A program made the position numbers and the translations under genes. Of a stretch of 64,000 nucleotides of DNA, positions 1-12,612 are shown in pieces. This DNA is from Oikopleura dioica (Eukaryota > Animalia > Chordata): positions 1,628,489-1,692,488 of the forward strand of contig OU015570.1 of assembly GCA_907165135.1 (NCBI GenBank). Reading direction: 5' to 3'. Position 1 is the stretch's first letter, and the number at the start of each line of letters is the position of its first letter. A model generated the notes under the pieces. The model was not told the DNA's origin and made no database searches. It was given only the letters and a program-made list of their open reading frames with translations.

Positions 1-409
1 AAGCTCCTCCTTGATTCCGATCATCTCTACGATCCTTTTCAGTACATTATCAAAAAGCCGAAGAAACTGCCTTGTGTCCATACATACGTCCATTCTGATA
101 GTACCAAAGCGAAGGTCACTAATTTTGACAAGACAATTCTTCACGAAAATATATCAAGGTAATAATTTTGACTGTAAAATATAATTAATTTTTTAGCTTT
201 CTGCACACGGCTTGTGGTTGAAAAATTTGGAGAAAATGCTTACATCGCTCATTTTCCATCTGACACGGAGTTTACGAACATGTGCTACCTCAAACGAACT
301 TCTGAACAAGAGCGAGAAGAAATTGTCGATCTTTTCACCTATGATTTTCAACCAGAAGGAATGGATAATAATTGTTATTTATAAAGAATAAATGTTAGTT
401 AAATAATCA

Positions 410-1718
410 AGATGAATGTAGGAGTTTATTGCAGTTTGCTGAACGTTTTCGGTCGGAGGACCATCATCAGAGCTTGTTCCTTGATAAACTTGAAAAATCT
501 TAAAGGAAAGCGTACCTTCTTTTGTAAGACTGCAGAACTGATTTAAAAACCAAAATAACTTAGTCCCAGAGTAATATTCTAGAAAATATGGTGGTAAATT
601 TTTAAGGTAATCGATATTTTTATCAGAGGCTCCTAACTAGGCTCGAAAATGCCTCTGATCGGTAAAACAATTAATAATTATTAATTCTTAATATTAAACA
701 GTCCTTTCAGGACTGAGAATTCCGAGTTGATTATATAAACTTGTAGATGTTGAATTTGCTTATTCAACGGAGGATTATGAAGACGAATTTCTAATGCTTC
801 CATTTGTACTCTCTTTTTGTATGCTAGATTTCGGTGTAAAACTGTAAACATTTTACTGAGATAGTCAAGATTTAAAATTATTCTGCTCGTATTCATCATT
901 GAATCGAGTTTGAAAAATTTCACAATTTTCAGTATGAGAGAAAATTGCTGTTTGTTTCGACCTTCGTTGATGGTCAATAATTCTAGATTTTAGGCATTCA
1001 CTCTCACCGATGTAAACTGCGCCGATTATTAAGAATTAATTATTATAACAGTTTTTTCCTCTTTTGTGGACCCCAAGTTTGTGGACATTTTTTCCATTTT
1101 AAGGCCTTTAAGTGGGACACTTTATAAAAGATGCTGTTCCAAGTTTGTGGACATTTTTTCGCGGAAAGAAATAAAAAGACAATTTTTTGTGGTGAGATTA
1201 ATTCTAGCTAATCAAGATCGAGTTGTTCATTGTTTACGAAAAACAAAATTAAAGGTTGAACTAGAGACAAAGGGGCCTTTGTCAGTCTTTCAGGAGCATA
1301 AATGCAAAGTCTAGAAAACCATTCGGCGTACTCAAATCTCGAAAAAATTTTAATCGATTTCGATGGGACATTTTTCGGAAGACGTTGCCCAAGTTTGTGG
1401 ACATTTTTCGAAAATTTTGGGACAAAAAATGTCCACAAAAGAGGAAAAGAACTGTAATTGTTTTTCCGATCAGAGGCATTTTCGAGCCTAGTTAGGAGCC
1501 TCTGATAAAAATATCGATTACCTTAAAAATTTACCACCATATTTTCTAGAATATTACTCTGGGACTAAGTTATTTTGGTTTTTAAATCAGTTCTGCAGTC
1601 TTACAAAAGAAGGTACGCTTTCCTTTAAGATTTTTCAAGTTTATCAAGGAACAAGCTCTGATGATGGTCGTCCGACCAAAAACGTTCAGCAAACTGCAAT
1701 AAACTCCTACATTTATCT
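410..1718. mobile_element. Foldback/MITE-like element with 264-bp inverted arms (410-673 and 1455-1718)
   Basis: 410-673 is the near-exact reverse complement of 1455-1718. The spacer holds three CCAAGTTTGTGGACATTTTT copies (1073, 1139, 1389) and a partial inverted copy (~1425). No clear TSD. Confidence 0.7.
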
Positions 1719-2567
1719 ACACGATGTCATTTATCAATCAAGATGAATGTCTATCCAAAAAAGATCTCTCTTGCTTTGGCAGACAGATTATGTTTCCTGA
1801 CAAAGATTCCAAATTGATTATTCAGAAAAATAATTTATTCTCTACAACAAGAATTTTATCGAAGAGCTGGGCGTCTTTCAAGATGCAATTCTTGTTGGGA
1901 AGTTTATCTAAACGCGAAGCTGCATAAAGAACCCCCTTACCCGAAGTGTACACCTTTTGTCGATTATACCTTGCTCTCAAGATAATCTTCTGAGAATCCT
2001 CGATTAAAGAAAGTCGAAGAAAAAAGTTGAAGCTCCCCCAAATAGTCCTTTCTCGATAAAAAAATTTAAATCGTAGTATTTGCTAAAATAAAGGTTAGGG
2101 TTAGGGGGCACCTGCGAAAATGACGGAACAACCTCACCCGAGGGTAACCCTTACTAACCCTTGACTAGACCCCGGCATCTTAGGACCGAGGGGCAGAGCC
2201 CCGAAGTAAGGGACAATTTGATTTTATAATTTTCTCTTGATAAAATAAGCGCTCAATTCGAGATTATTCAATTCTCTGCGTAAATTTTGTCGGCAAGAAT
2301 ATAAATATCTCCAGCAATTACTGAGTCTATATAATATAGACTATATTTCAAGAGTAGAATTTATCCGTACTACGCTTTTTTGGCCTTTCAAAAACTTGGG
2401 TCCTCCGATCGTGTCGGACCCTTATTTAGAGACTGAATCTTTAATTCCGTTAGCGTGGGTAAGATTGGCTCCTGTTTCGACGTGCACGCGCGCGCCTGTT
2501 GATTTTTTGACACTTTCAAGGCTCATCGCAAAGTCATTTTAATTTCAGACTTATATAACAAACGTAG

Positions 2568-2870
2568 TATGAAACGAATTCTGAACAGCACATCCGCGAA
2601 GTCAAGGACCGCAAGCGCGAGCGGGCCAGCAAGATCGAAGCCAAGGTCGTCCAAGTGAACACGGGCAATCTCGAGCTGCTGTCGGAAATCAAGGCCAACC
2701 GCTCTGTTATCTACGCCATGAATGACAATCAACGCGTTCAGAATAATGTTCTACCGTCGCCTCAGCAAATCGCTGCCCGTCCGCAAGTTAATAGTAGTGC
2801 TGCCACGCCAGTTGATTATGAAACGATTATCGGAAATGGTGCCCCGAAGCTAAGCCTCGGCCTTCGATAA
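2568..2870 (+). CDS. Possible isolated host exon, unknown protein (..EQHIREVKDRKRERASKIEAKVVQVNTGNLELL..)
   Basis: Open frame after a TAG that could be a splice acceptor; C/G-ending codon bias unlike the surrounding DNA. No recognisable domain. Confidence 0.25.
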   Translation, partial: YETNSEQHIREVKDRKRERASKIEAKVVQVNTGNLELLSEIKANRSVIYAMNDNQRVQNNVLPSPQQIAARPQVNSSAATPVDYETIIGNGAPKLSLGLR

Positions 2871-3177
2871 CAATGAGACCGTATCAAAACCAGATGAGGG
2901 AAATGGTAGGTCAAAATAAAGACGTTCATTCACTACGAATTTAAATAGGAAATCTGGAAAAACAAGAAATCTGCTAAGTGTGATTGCCCGAAACTGAGGG
3001 TCAAAAAAAAATTACTTGTTGCTTGGAAGTATAAATCTGTTCGACACTCGAGGTAAGCATAACTAGGTTGTTTTAAAAAAGTCATTTTCAAACCCAATTT
3101 TCGGAAAATTTACCTTAGTGACTCCCTTATTCTTTTCCTCAAAAGAGAGCCAAAACTTGAAACTTCCTTTTGGACTT

Positions 3178-3454
3178 GGTCTAGGATTAGGGGTGACTGT
3201 TGGTGATCCAAAATAAGATGCTCAGGATGGATCACCAAAAAATGGTGATCGAGGCCAGATGAGAAAATCAGTGCCTGTTATCTCTTCGATCAGCTCAATT
3301 GAAAGGCTTATTTTGCACAAGATATAATAATGTGACCTTTTGCGCTAAAACAAGCAAATCTACAAAAATTCTCTACTAAGAATCACCAGCGGATCACCAG
3401 GAGCCACCGAGCAACTTATTTTGGATCATCATCGGTCACCCTCAATCCTAGACC
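3178..3454. mobile_element. MITE with ~45-bp imperfect terminal inverted repeats
   Basis: GGTCTAGGATTAGGGGTGAC..GATCCAAAATAAG at left is mirrored by CTTATTTTGGATC..GTCACCCTCAATCCTAGACC at right. Confidence 0.6.
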
Positions 3455-3494
3455 TAGCTTTTAGATATGGTTCACGAAGAAAATTCAAAATGGA

Positions 3495-4003
3495 CGGGAG
3501 AGCTACGACTTGCCGGGATTTCTGGCCAAGCTACGACTTTCCGGGATTAAATTTGCAGAATCCCGGCGAGTCATAGCTGATGTTTTAGAAACTCTAGATG
3601 ACAGAACTATACGGAAGTTAAAAAATGGAAAATTCGCCGATTATTGATTTTTTTCAATCAGTTTAAAAACCCTAACCCTAACATTAAAATAGAAAAATCA
3701 CACAAATACAAATTTACACGGTGCTTCCACCCTGGATTGGCAATCTCACTGTCAAACCACTAAGCACCCAGTTAAAAACCAAATTTAACAATAAAATATG
3801 TAACATGTTAAAAAGAAAAAATATTTCAAGTAAACTTGTATCAGTTTTGCAAAGCAAAATTTTGTAAAATTTTTACCCTAACCCTTATTTTAGAATGATT
3901 AAGCATATTTATATCAGAGTTTCTAGAACAGCTACGACTGGCCGTGACTTAATATGCAAGGTCCCGGCAAGTCGTGAAAATCCCGGCGAGTCGTAGCTCC
4001 CCG
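3495..4003. mobile_element. MITE with TIRs and internal ACGACTTGCCGGGA repeats
   Basis: CGGGAGAGCTACGACTTGCCGGGATTT at left versus AAATCCCGGCGAGTCGTAGCTCCCCG at right; the motif recurs subterminally. Confidence 0.65.
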
Positions 4004-4479
4004 ATAAAAACCGATTTTTACCCGAAATAAAGCTCATTTTTGGACAAAACTCCACCTCAGCTATTAGGGTTCGCACGCAAATAATTTTTTGATTTTCAAG
4101 CTTCTTAAAACTCGTTGATATTAAAATTTACAATAGTAATATTGGCATTTAGAAGAAGTTTAAATTCTTTAAAAATATAAAAATTTTTTTCAACCCTTTT
4201 TACCAAAAAAATTTTTGATTCGTCTTTAGGCACATTTTTAGTGAAGCGGCACTAACTAGTACTCGATATATTGTAGAAAATGCCATTACGAACAATCTGT
4301 GAAAGTTTGTTTAAAATCGGTTGGTACTCCTGGGCGCCGTGGCTCTTGAAAATATGAATCCGGATCATCAAAAAGTGCGCGAAATTTGAAATTTGAAGAT
4401 GGATTGACATTATCAATGATGTCGAGAATAAAATCCAACTGTTAACTTAATAAAACTCAAAAACGAAAAATACACACTG

Positions 4480-5115
4480 ATAAAAATTCTAGAGAAAAAT
4501 TCTTATCAGTGATAAAAATCTTATCAGCAGATGCTCAGCAGGGTGCCAACATACGACCCTGGACATGAAACTCCTAAAGGATAATCAAATCATTGTTAAA
4601 AAGCTCTTTACAAAAAATCACCTTATTTCAGATGCAGGAACATATTCATATCAGCGATACAATCCTTATCAGTGCAGGGGGATTTAAAGCTCTGCAGGGC
4701 GCCATCTATCGACCCTGGTCATGAAACTTCTAGAGGATATCAAAATCAATAAATTAAAGCTCAGTACAAAAAATCAGCTGATTTGAGATGCAGGAACATA
4801 CTCTTATCAGGGATTCGAGCCTTATCAGTGGGGGTCTCAGCACAGCAGGGCGCCATCTATCGACCCTTGTCATGAAACTTATAGAGGATGTTTAAAGCAT
4901 CGAATGAAAGCTCCGTACAAAAATCGGCTGATTTGAGATGCAGGAACATACTCTTATCAGGGATTCGAGCTTTATCAGTGGGGGTCTCAGCACAGCAGGG
5001 CGCCATCTATCGACCCTTGTCATGAAACTTATAGAGGATGTTTAAAGCATCGAATGAAAGCTCTGTACAAAAAATCAGCTGATTTGAGATGCAGGAACAT
5101 ACTCTTATCAGGGAT
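4480..5115 (+). repeat. Tandem array of ~150-bp units (~4 copies), left subterminal region of hAT copy 1
   Basis: (G/C)AGATGCAGGAACAT recurs at ~4629, 4785, 4935 and 5086. Confidence 0.9.
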
Positions 5116-5359
5116 TTTTGTCTTGGTAGAGGCGATTTTCATGTTTGTCGTCCATCATAAATATCACGTGAATGCTGACGATGAAATTGCTAAATTTAGT
5201 CGCTAAACTTGTCTTATGTTATGTAGAATAGAAATACAAACACGAATCAAGGATATAAATGGGGCTCGTATGAAAAAATTAACAATCATTTCTTGTGTAT
5301 GTCACGATTTGAGGACAAGTTTTTGCATGGAATTTTACTTTTCAGGTGACCTGGTCACC

Positions 5360-7092
5360 ATATTGCAATTTTAAAAATTTTAGAACTTAATACTAAATAT
5401 TCCGAGTTCTTCGTTCGACGCGCAAAGAAAGTCTTCATGGCCTCAGATTCAGTATCGCTTGCGAACCACCAGAAAGGCTTTGGGAAAAAGCATAAAAAAT
5501 TAAGTATATACGGCCTTAAAGAATAGCATTGATCGATGAAGAACAAAGATTTCACCTGTTGAGTCTAAGAGACAATAACATGTCGACTCATGTGCAAATG
5601 GCGGATCATATTTGTGGCGTTTTAGACAGTGACCAACTTATTTTCGGAGATGTCCTTAAGAGCAAAGTGCATGCATTTTTGTCAGGTATATTTAAGAAAG
5701 TCTTGATATGCTGACGTGAGCAATAGATATGGGTGGTGGATCCCCTCAACTCAATGCTCTTCTCGCGGAACGTTGGGGGCGAGATATTCCGACAATTTCT
5801 TGTACTCTGAATACTGTTGGTATGGAAATCTTAATATTTTATAGTCGAGATAACCCTACAAAATTTAAGCAAATTTCCTGTCAGAAAGATACTGTCTCAA
5901 GTATTTGAGTAGTAAGACAACGAATCTTCTCTTCCTTTTGGCGCAAATTTTGGGTCATCGTGCTGGAAGTCCGTCATTCCATTTCGACGATTCACAAACC
6001 GAGCTCAAAGCGGTACTGAAGGAAGCCAACATATCAACAAACAAGCGATTTTTCCATCCGTATGGAAATCGATTTGAGGAAAGTTGAATTTGAAAAATCA
6101 TTGTTTTATCTGCAACTCTTTAGTAATCAATATCTTTAGGCTACGTTCAAGAATGCTGTCTCACTGTTTGAGATATATGATATATCATATATGACGATGT
6201 CAAGTATTTGTTCGACATTCTTGCCTATGGAAAGGATTCTGGCCGGTTTGTCGAAGTCAAAAAAGCACTTAATGGCGAAGGATGGCGTTTGATTTTGTTG
6301 GAATGCGCAGTGCTTATAATGCTGTACGTCGGGATCGCATTGCCTTTCTACAATTCTTGCCGAGAAAAAGGGGGGCATCCGGTACGGAAAAGCAAAGGTA
6401 TTTCTTAGATAAAGCTGCGTTTATTAATTGAATTAAGGACTGTTTCACTCGGGCTATTGCCGCCATCGACAGGCCGCTTAGACAGCCAGAGAACACCTTC
6501 ATGCGGCTCTTTGCTTCGACAAAAAATGAAAAGATGGAAGCAAACCAGAAAACTGCATACGAGTTTTTGGAAAAGAAATGTGTCAAAGGGATCTTGATGG
6601 GCGAGAGTTTCGCTGGCCTTAAGAAAAATGTGAATATTATGACGAAAAATATGCTTCTTGGAGTTCGCCAGAAGATAAAGAAGGATTTCGAGCTGTTCAA
6701 GAAATGTAAATTCCGAGAAGATGAACTTTTGACAATTTCAAATCATCGTCTTGAATCGTATGCATTTTTTCTTAATAAATAATTTATTCTTAATTAAGAT
6801 GCTTTGGAGAATTGAAATATCACCAAAAAAACTCCAAAACGTTGATGCAAATCAAATAAACAATGTTATTATTGCGAGAACCAATAGAACATTCGAGTGG
6901 ATGTGGGACTTATCATCGAATGAGCGAAATGACAACATTCTGAAAGCAAGAAAGAACAGAAGACGACGAACGCTGGAAATACGTGAAAAAAAACAGCAAG
7001 CGATTGAAGAAAGACTACAGAGAGCAAGAACAGAAACATCATTCAAAAAAAGAAAACTGAAATTTTTGCTTGAAAATGAAATTAAAATTTGA
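5360..7092 (+). pseudogene. Intron-interrupted DDE transposase remnant (hAT-like)
   Basis: Motifs in order: FMASD (D1); FLS|DMG (D2, across a ~42-nt GT-AG intron at ~5685-5727); SCTLN (degenerate CxxH); YGNRF; SNHRLES (catalytic E); ARTNRTFEWMW. Colinear with the transposase at 34764-37097. In-frame stops present. Confidence 0.7.
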
Positions 7093-7214
7093 ATTAAAAA
7101 GACAAATGGATTGAGACATGGTTTTTTTCAAAAAATGAAGAATTTTTGATTGCGCTTTATCTTTTGTTAACTTATTCATTTTATTCATTCTATCATCCGA
7201 AATGAACTGGGCCT

Positions 7215-7570
7215 GCCAGTTATAAGAGATGTATCACTGATAAAAAAGGATTTCTGCGTCTGAATGAGTATGGTCTTTTGTGAGTGTCATCCGTACCTCT
7301 ATTTGTTCATCCTCTAGAAGTTTTATGATCAGGGTCAATGATTTGTGCCCTGCAGGGCTGATGACTGATAAGAGATATATCACTGATAAGAAAGGGTTCC
7401 TGCGTCTGAACGTCCAAGATCTATTGTGCATGTCTTCCTTTCATCCATTCTCTCATCCTATAGAAGTTTCATGAAAAGGGTAGATGATTGGTACCCCGCT
7501 GAGTTGATCACTGATAAGAGATGAATCACTGATAAGAGACGGTTCCTGCATCAGAACAAGTAAGATCTTT
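7215..7570 (-). repeat. Tandem array of ~146-bp units (~2.5 copies), inverted relative to 4480-5115
   Basis: ATAAGAGAT..TCACTGATAA..TT(C/T)CTGC(G/A)TC recurs at ~7222, 7368 and 7514; reverse-complement similarity to the left array (TTCCTGCATC, CCTCTAGAAGTTT). Confidence 0.8.
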
Positions 7571-8198
7571 TGTGAATGTCTTCTTTAATTTGATTCCATC
7601 ATCCTCTCGAAGTTTGAAAAAAAGTTACTTGAGCCAAGATCTGGGCGAGCGGCGGCAATTCAGCACACGAGCGCCACCCATCCCTCGCGGCGCGCCGCGC
7701 ACACCGGCGATTTTTCGCCATTTTCACGACTCTAGAACTCGGGTTCTAGTAAAGATTTTTAAATTCTGATTTCAGATTTGAAATCAGGGGAATGAATTAG
7801 GGGGACACTAAAAATGGTTATTTGTTAAGCATTTTAAAATTTTAAAATTATTTGGGTGCGAACCCTAGCGCGCTCCCCGCTGCGCGACACCGGCTTCACA
7901 CCGTCTTACTGCACTTATCCCCTCATTATGACCGGATATAAGCTAAATTAAATGACAACGCGAACTTCGACCTGGTCAAAATTCAATGCGCTTTTTGATG
8001 AGGGTATTTATAACTTTGAGTGACAAGTATTTTAGGAGCTGATTCCTTTTGAAGTTGAGCGTCACTTTTTCTCCCTCCTGAATTCAAAAATTATGATATG
8101 AAAAAAAATCAAACGGAGACGTAAGAGGAAAAAAAATAACCCTAGATCTGAGATTTTCATTAAATTTGAAGAAGGAAAGAAAAAGTTCTGCGCTCGTG

Positions 8199-9114
8199 AA
8201 AAGCGGCGCGAGTTCGCTGCGGGTGGTCCCTTAAGAAAGAGATCTTCAGAGAAGAGGATCTTAAAGAGAGACTTCTGGTTTACACAGACGGCTCCGGAGG
8301 AGTTGGAGGTCTCTGTGTGGAAAACTTGGGCGCAAAAGAACCCTTTTACTGGCCAAGGGGCTTTGAAAACGAAGAAATCTTTATGAAAGAAGCTTATGCC
8401 ATCTTGGTTTTACTCCAGCGCAAAGGATCGCTTCTGAAAAACAGGAGGGTCCTGATTAAACATGATAACCAGGTGGTTTGCAGCGCTTTGTATCACGGCT
8501 CGCGGACAGGAAGACTTAACGAGATGGTGTTCCGTATTCACGAGGCAGCGGAGCTACACAATATTGATCTCCGGGTAGATTATGTGAACACGAAAGAGCA
8601 ACTAGCGGACGAACCGTCCAGGACCTTCGATTTCAATGGAAAAGAGATCACGGACGAGGCTTTCGATGAAATATCACGGGCGTGGCCGCAGAAATTCACA
8701 TTGGATGCGTTCGCAACGAAAGAAAATGCTCGAACGGAAAGATACATCTCCCGATTTCACGACGATCAAGCATGGGCATCGGACTTCTTCCGATTCACAA
8801 AATTGAGGCACAAAGAGGTAATCTAAGCTTTCCCCCCAAGAAAAATATCCAGCATGGTCTTTCGATACTTGGACGACTACGCCATGAACATCCCATGGGC
8901 TTTGGTGGTAATCAAGTACGAGCGAACACCTATGGCGATGACTTTGGCAAAGAGGAGAGGTCTGAAGACTTTGAAGCTGAAGTCAAAGATAGCAGTTATT
9001 TCACCTTCGCCTCAGAAAACGGAGGAGATGGGATATTACAAGCCGATCTCCGACGCGGCGACAGTCTGGACCATTTTTAATGAGCCTGATCTGTCAAACG
9101 GTAGTGGACGGTGA
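8199..9114 (+). pseudogene. DIRS1-like retroelement fragment: RNase H followed by N6-adenine methyltransferase-like domain
   Basis: Single frame: YTDGS (8281)..MKEAYA..HDNQ..QLADEPSR (RNase H), then LDAFATKENARTERYISRF..ASDFF..*AFPP (DIRS MT signature; TAA at 8824 where Y/W is expected). No RT or tyrosine recombinase seen. Confidence 0.8.
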
Positions 9115-12100
9115 ATTGGGTTAGAGCAGCGGCTCTTTTTTATTCTGTTTTTGCGCCAGGGTCTCGCACTTACAAGAAGTGCGGTCTCTGCCTGCTTTCT
9201 AACTGATCTTTCTTTTCTGTCTTTTTATGTTCCGGAAGACCCGAGAAGGGATCTTTTTAAAACTTTTTAAGCGACATTTTGTTAAATCTCTAATATAAAA
9301 CTCTGTCAGTTTTTGAACTTGTGTGTTTAGACGCTTCGAAATGGCTTTCATTTTTCCCCCTAAAGGAAAAGAGGAGTTTTTACATAAAAGGATAGGACAT
9401 TTTTGGAGAGGGAATATGGGTAACAGAACAGTGGGAAGAGAGTAAACAAGAAATGCGTTCGCATATCACTGAGGAATTTTGCTTTTTTGCATTGTTTCTC
9501 AACGTGAGAATGAAGTTAACGTTTTTTCTTGCGCATATCGCATTTAACTTTGCTAGGTGGACCCTGGAAAATGGATAAATTGCTTGTGTTAAGTGCGCTT
9601 TCTAATTTTTTTATTTGGGCCGGATTGCTTCGCAGTTTGGAGTATAACTGTGTTGCACTGTATCTTCCCTGCAGAACCCGGTTAAAAGGCGGGAAGTTTA
9701 GAAGCGTTGCCATTTTTATTGGGTTAACAAGCTCGTTACCTATGGTTGTTTGCTGTAGGGTATGAGTCGAGAAGGCAGATGGCTGACTCGAGATTTCTTA
9801 GCCTTTCAATAGTCAAACTATTATCTAGAAGCCGCTCCTTATAAAGAGAAAGGCTTTCTAGCGCCGATATAGCTTCAAGTGCACAAAAACTACTTGTATC
9901 TGGTGCCTGGAGAAATCTTTTCAATATTTGAAAGGACTGTCTTTTTCCTGTGTTTTGTGAGTTTTGATTGGTGTTTACAGTAACAGGGACAAATTCTCGG
10001 CAAAGGAAGTATCTACTTTTGAATATCTAATCTTTTAAATTCTCATATTTTCTGTTATCGCTTTTATAATTGCAGTCTATCCATGTAAGATGAAGAAATC
10101 TACGAACCTTTTGGTCCTAAAATGGGTTCATCATTGTCCAGGGCCCATGAGTAACTTTTAAGGGTATTTTCATAGAAAAGGATTATTTGAAGAAGAATTT
10201 TTAACGTTTGAGTAGATAATCACAGAAGTATTTTTAGAAGAGAAAAACGATGATAATTCTATCTTGATGCTTTGCTGTTTTTCAACGATTCGACGCTGCT
10301 TTACGATTCGGAATTGCTTTGCTCTACGTTTAAAACATTGTGGTATTTTATTTTGACAAACAATTCGATTTGAACTTTTATGGAGAATTTATACGGCAAC
10401 AATCTCAAATTTTTGATTAAAATAATAATTGGATCTATTTACCTTTCTGGATCAAGCCTTTGTTTGGACTTGCTTATTATTGGAAATTTAAAATTATTTG
10501 GTTTATTGATTTGGTTATAAATTTGCTTTGGAATTTGGAAAAGAATCGTGAGATACTGATGACGGTAACAATCACAGACATCAGTTCTCAAGACCGATAG
10601 CCGATTCAACCAATGACGTCAATGATTCACTTATCAGTTCCCAGGGACAACAAGACCTTTACGTCACTTGGTTCCCATCAGCGATGCAACTCATCTATTG
10701 ACGCAATTAGGTTCTCATAAATTCTTATCGACGATTATGGATTCTCCCTCATCAACAGTTTTTAAAATGCAAGCTTTACTAAAACCCTATCAAATTAAGA
10801 AAGTTGTTTGTCCTGAATGCTGATTCCTTAACGATAAAAATATGGCAATGGACAATGAAGTCTGGATAACTTATGAGATTACTGAGGCTAGCGAAAAATA
10901 AAAATGGACGAAGAAGCGATAAATTATGAGACAATGGAGAAAAGACGAGTTTGTGGACATGCTGGTGTCATTTGAAATAGCGAAAGATAAGATCAACATA
11001 GTTATTTCTTTGGTTGGACGATGATTAAATCCTGAAGAGTGATATTCGTCTTTATTCGTGGATCGAATCGAAATAATTGCCTTCCAGACGATATAACTAG
11101 AAAAAGTTTTTGGTCACTTTGTTGACGACGATATTTGATGATGGTCTTTGTGATCTTATGGCAAGGAGAAGACGTGGAAAACTTCTCAGGCCTTGATAAA
11201 CCCGAAAAGTGCCAACATAGTGGACTTCGGTAGGTCGACAGCATGGAGAGGACGTCCGAATTAAACGATATCAAAGGTGAAGAAAAGTTTCTACACTGGA
11301 TGAAGACTTGACTTCACGCTGCCGAGAGAACGATTCTACAAGTTCTTGATAAAAGCAGAAGATATCGGGCTGAAAAAAAACGAACAAAAGAAAAAAACTC
11401 GTGGTGACTGCGAACAATTTGGCCGGAACTTTGCCCGTCACCTAATATAATTGTTTTGTCACTTTGGAAAACATTGGATTATGATGATTTGCAACTTTGT
11501 TTAATGGAGAGGCAATAAAAACAGTATTTCAAAACGAATCAACTTGGACAACGACGTGCTTTCTTGCGAACTGAAAAAAAAGAACCTGTAATTTTTTTTA
11601 CGATTCGGTTCTCAAAAACAAAAAAAAATTACAAAGTATTCAAAAAATTACAAAAATATCAACTACGAACAATGATTTTTGCTTTGTATAGATTTTCCTT
11701 ATTTCTTCCCATCTTGCTTGTTTCTTCTAATAATCTTTTAAATATTTATTTAAATGATCAGATTTCCCTGGACTATTGAGTCCTGAACGTTCGTTCGGAA
11801 GGGACCTTCTCATAAAGCTCATCCGTCAGGCGGAGCTAGGCAATTAAGCCGGTTTAGTTTTTACTTATGTTAGTTTCAAATTTATTAAAATACCTTTTCT
11901 CATTTATTCTTGCTCTTTGTGCGCGTGTGAGCGCCGGCGCGCTCATTTACTGTTATCACTCTTACGCGCGTTACTGTTTCTCATCAAAAGATTCTCTCTC
12001 TTTTTCTGCACTCACCGCGTATTCTTTCTTATGTATTCCCTTTCTAAATTTCTCCTTATTTCCTTAAATTTTGAGTTCTTTTATACTCCTCTTATAAATA

Positions 12101-12612
12101 TTTAGAAGATTAATTTTAAGATCCATTATTTTATGTTTACTGAAAATTATTATTCTGTACTTCAAATTTCATTCAATAAACATAAAAACCTTAGGGGGGA
12201 GGAGTGGTGTGGGGCGCTGTGCAGCCTCGTATATAAGCGGGCTCCTAGCCCGCAACCAGCACTCCTCTCCACCCTCAGGGCCAGCTCATACCAACCGCTC
12301 AGGTCTTCCAGTTATAGTGCTTAAATGCATCTTTTCACCTCTTTTTTTTTTCAATTTTTTCTTGTTGTTCCTTTTTCACTTGAAAGAAATGACAATAACA
12401 AATTTATATAAGAGGTACAGTTAAATTATTTGAAATTTTTTAAAATTCTTTTTTTTCTTGAATTTTTGCATTTCTTTCCCAATTTTTCATGCTTTTTATC
12501 CATCGCGGGCTTGTCGTTTTTTCAGAATCGTAATTCTGCGTTAACAGTATATTGCCTTTAGGGGACCCTTAAAGGTTTCACCTTTTTTTAAGATAAAAAC
12601 CTTTTGCGGGTT

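Larger units (their letters stand above)
4065..7867 (+). mobile_element. hAT-superfamily-like DNA transposon (copy 1), decayed
   Basis: TIRs TAGGGTTCGCACGCAAATAATTTT (4065) and AAAATTATTTGGGTGCGAACCCTA (ends 7867). Internal transposase remnant flanked by oppositely oriented ~150-bp arrays. TSD not preserved. Confidence 0.75.

Noticed and set aside
1-372. Possible 3' end of a host gene with a ~40-nt intron (159-198)
   Set aside because: A spliced frame can be built but has no recognisable domain, and the choice of frame is ambiguous.
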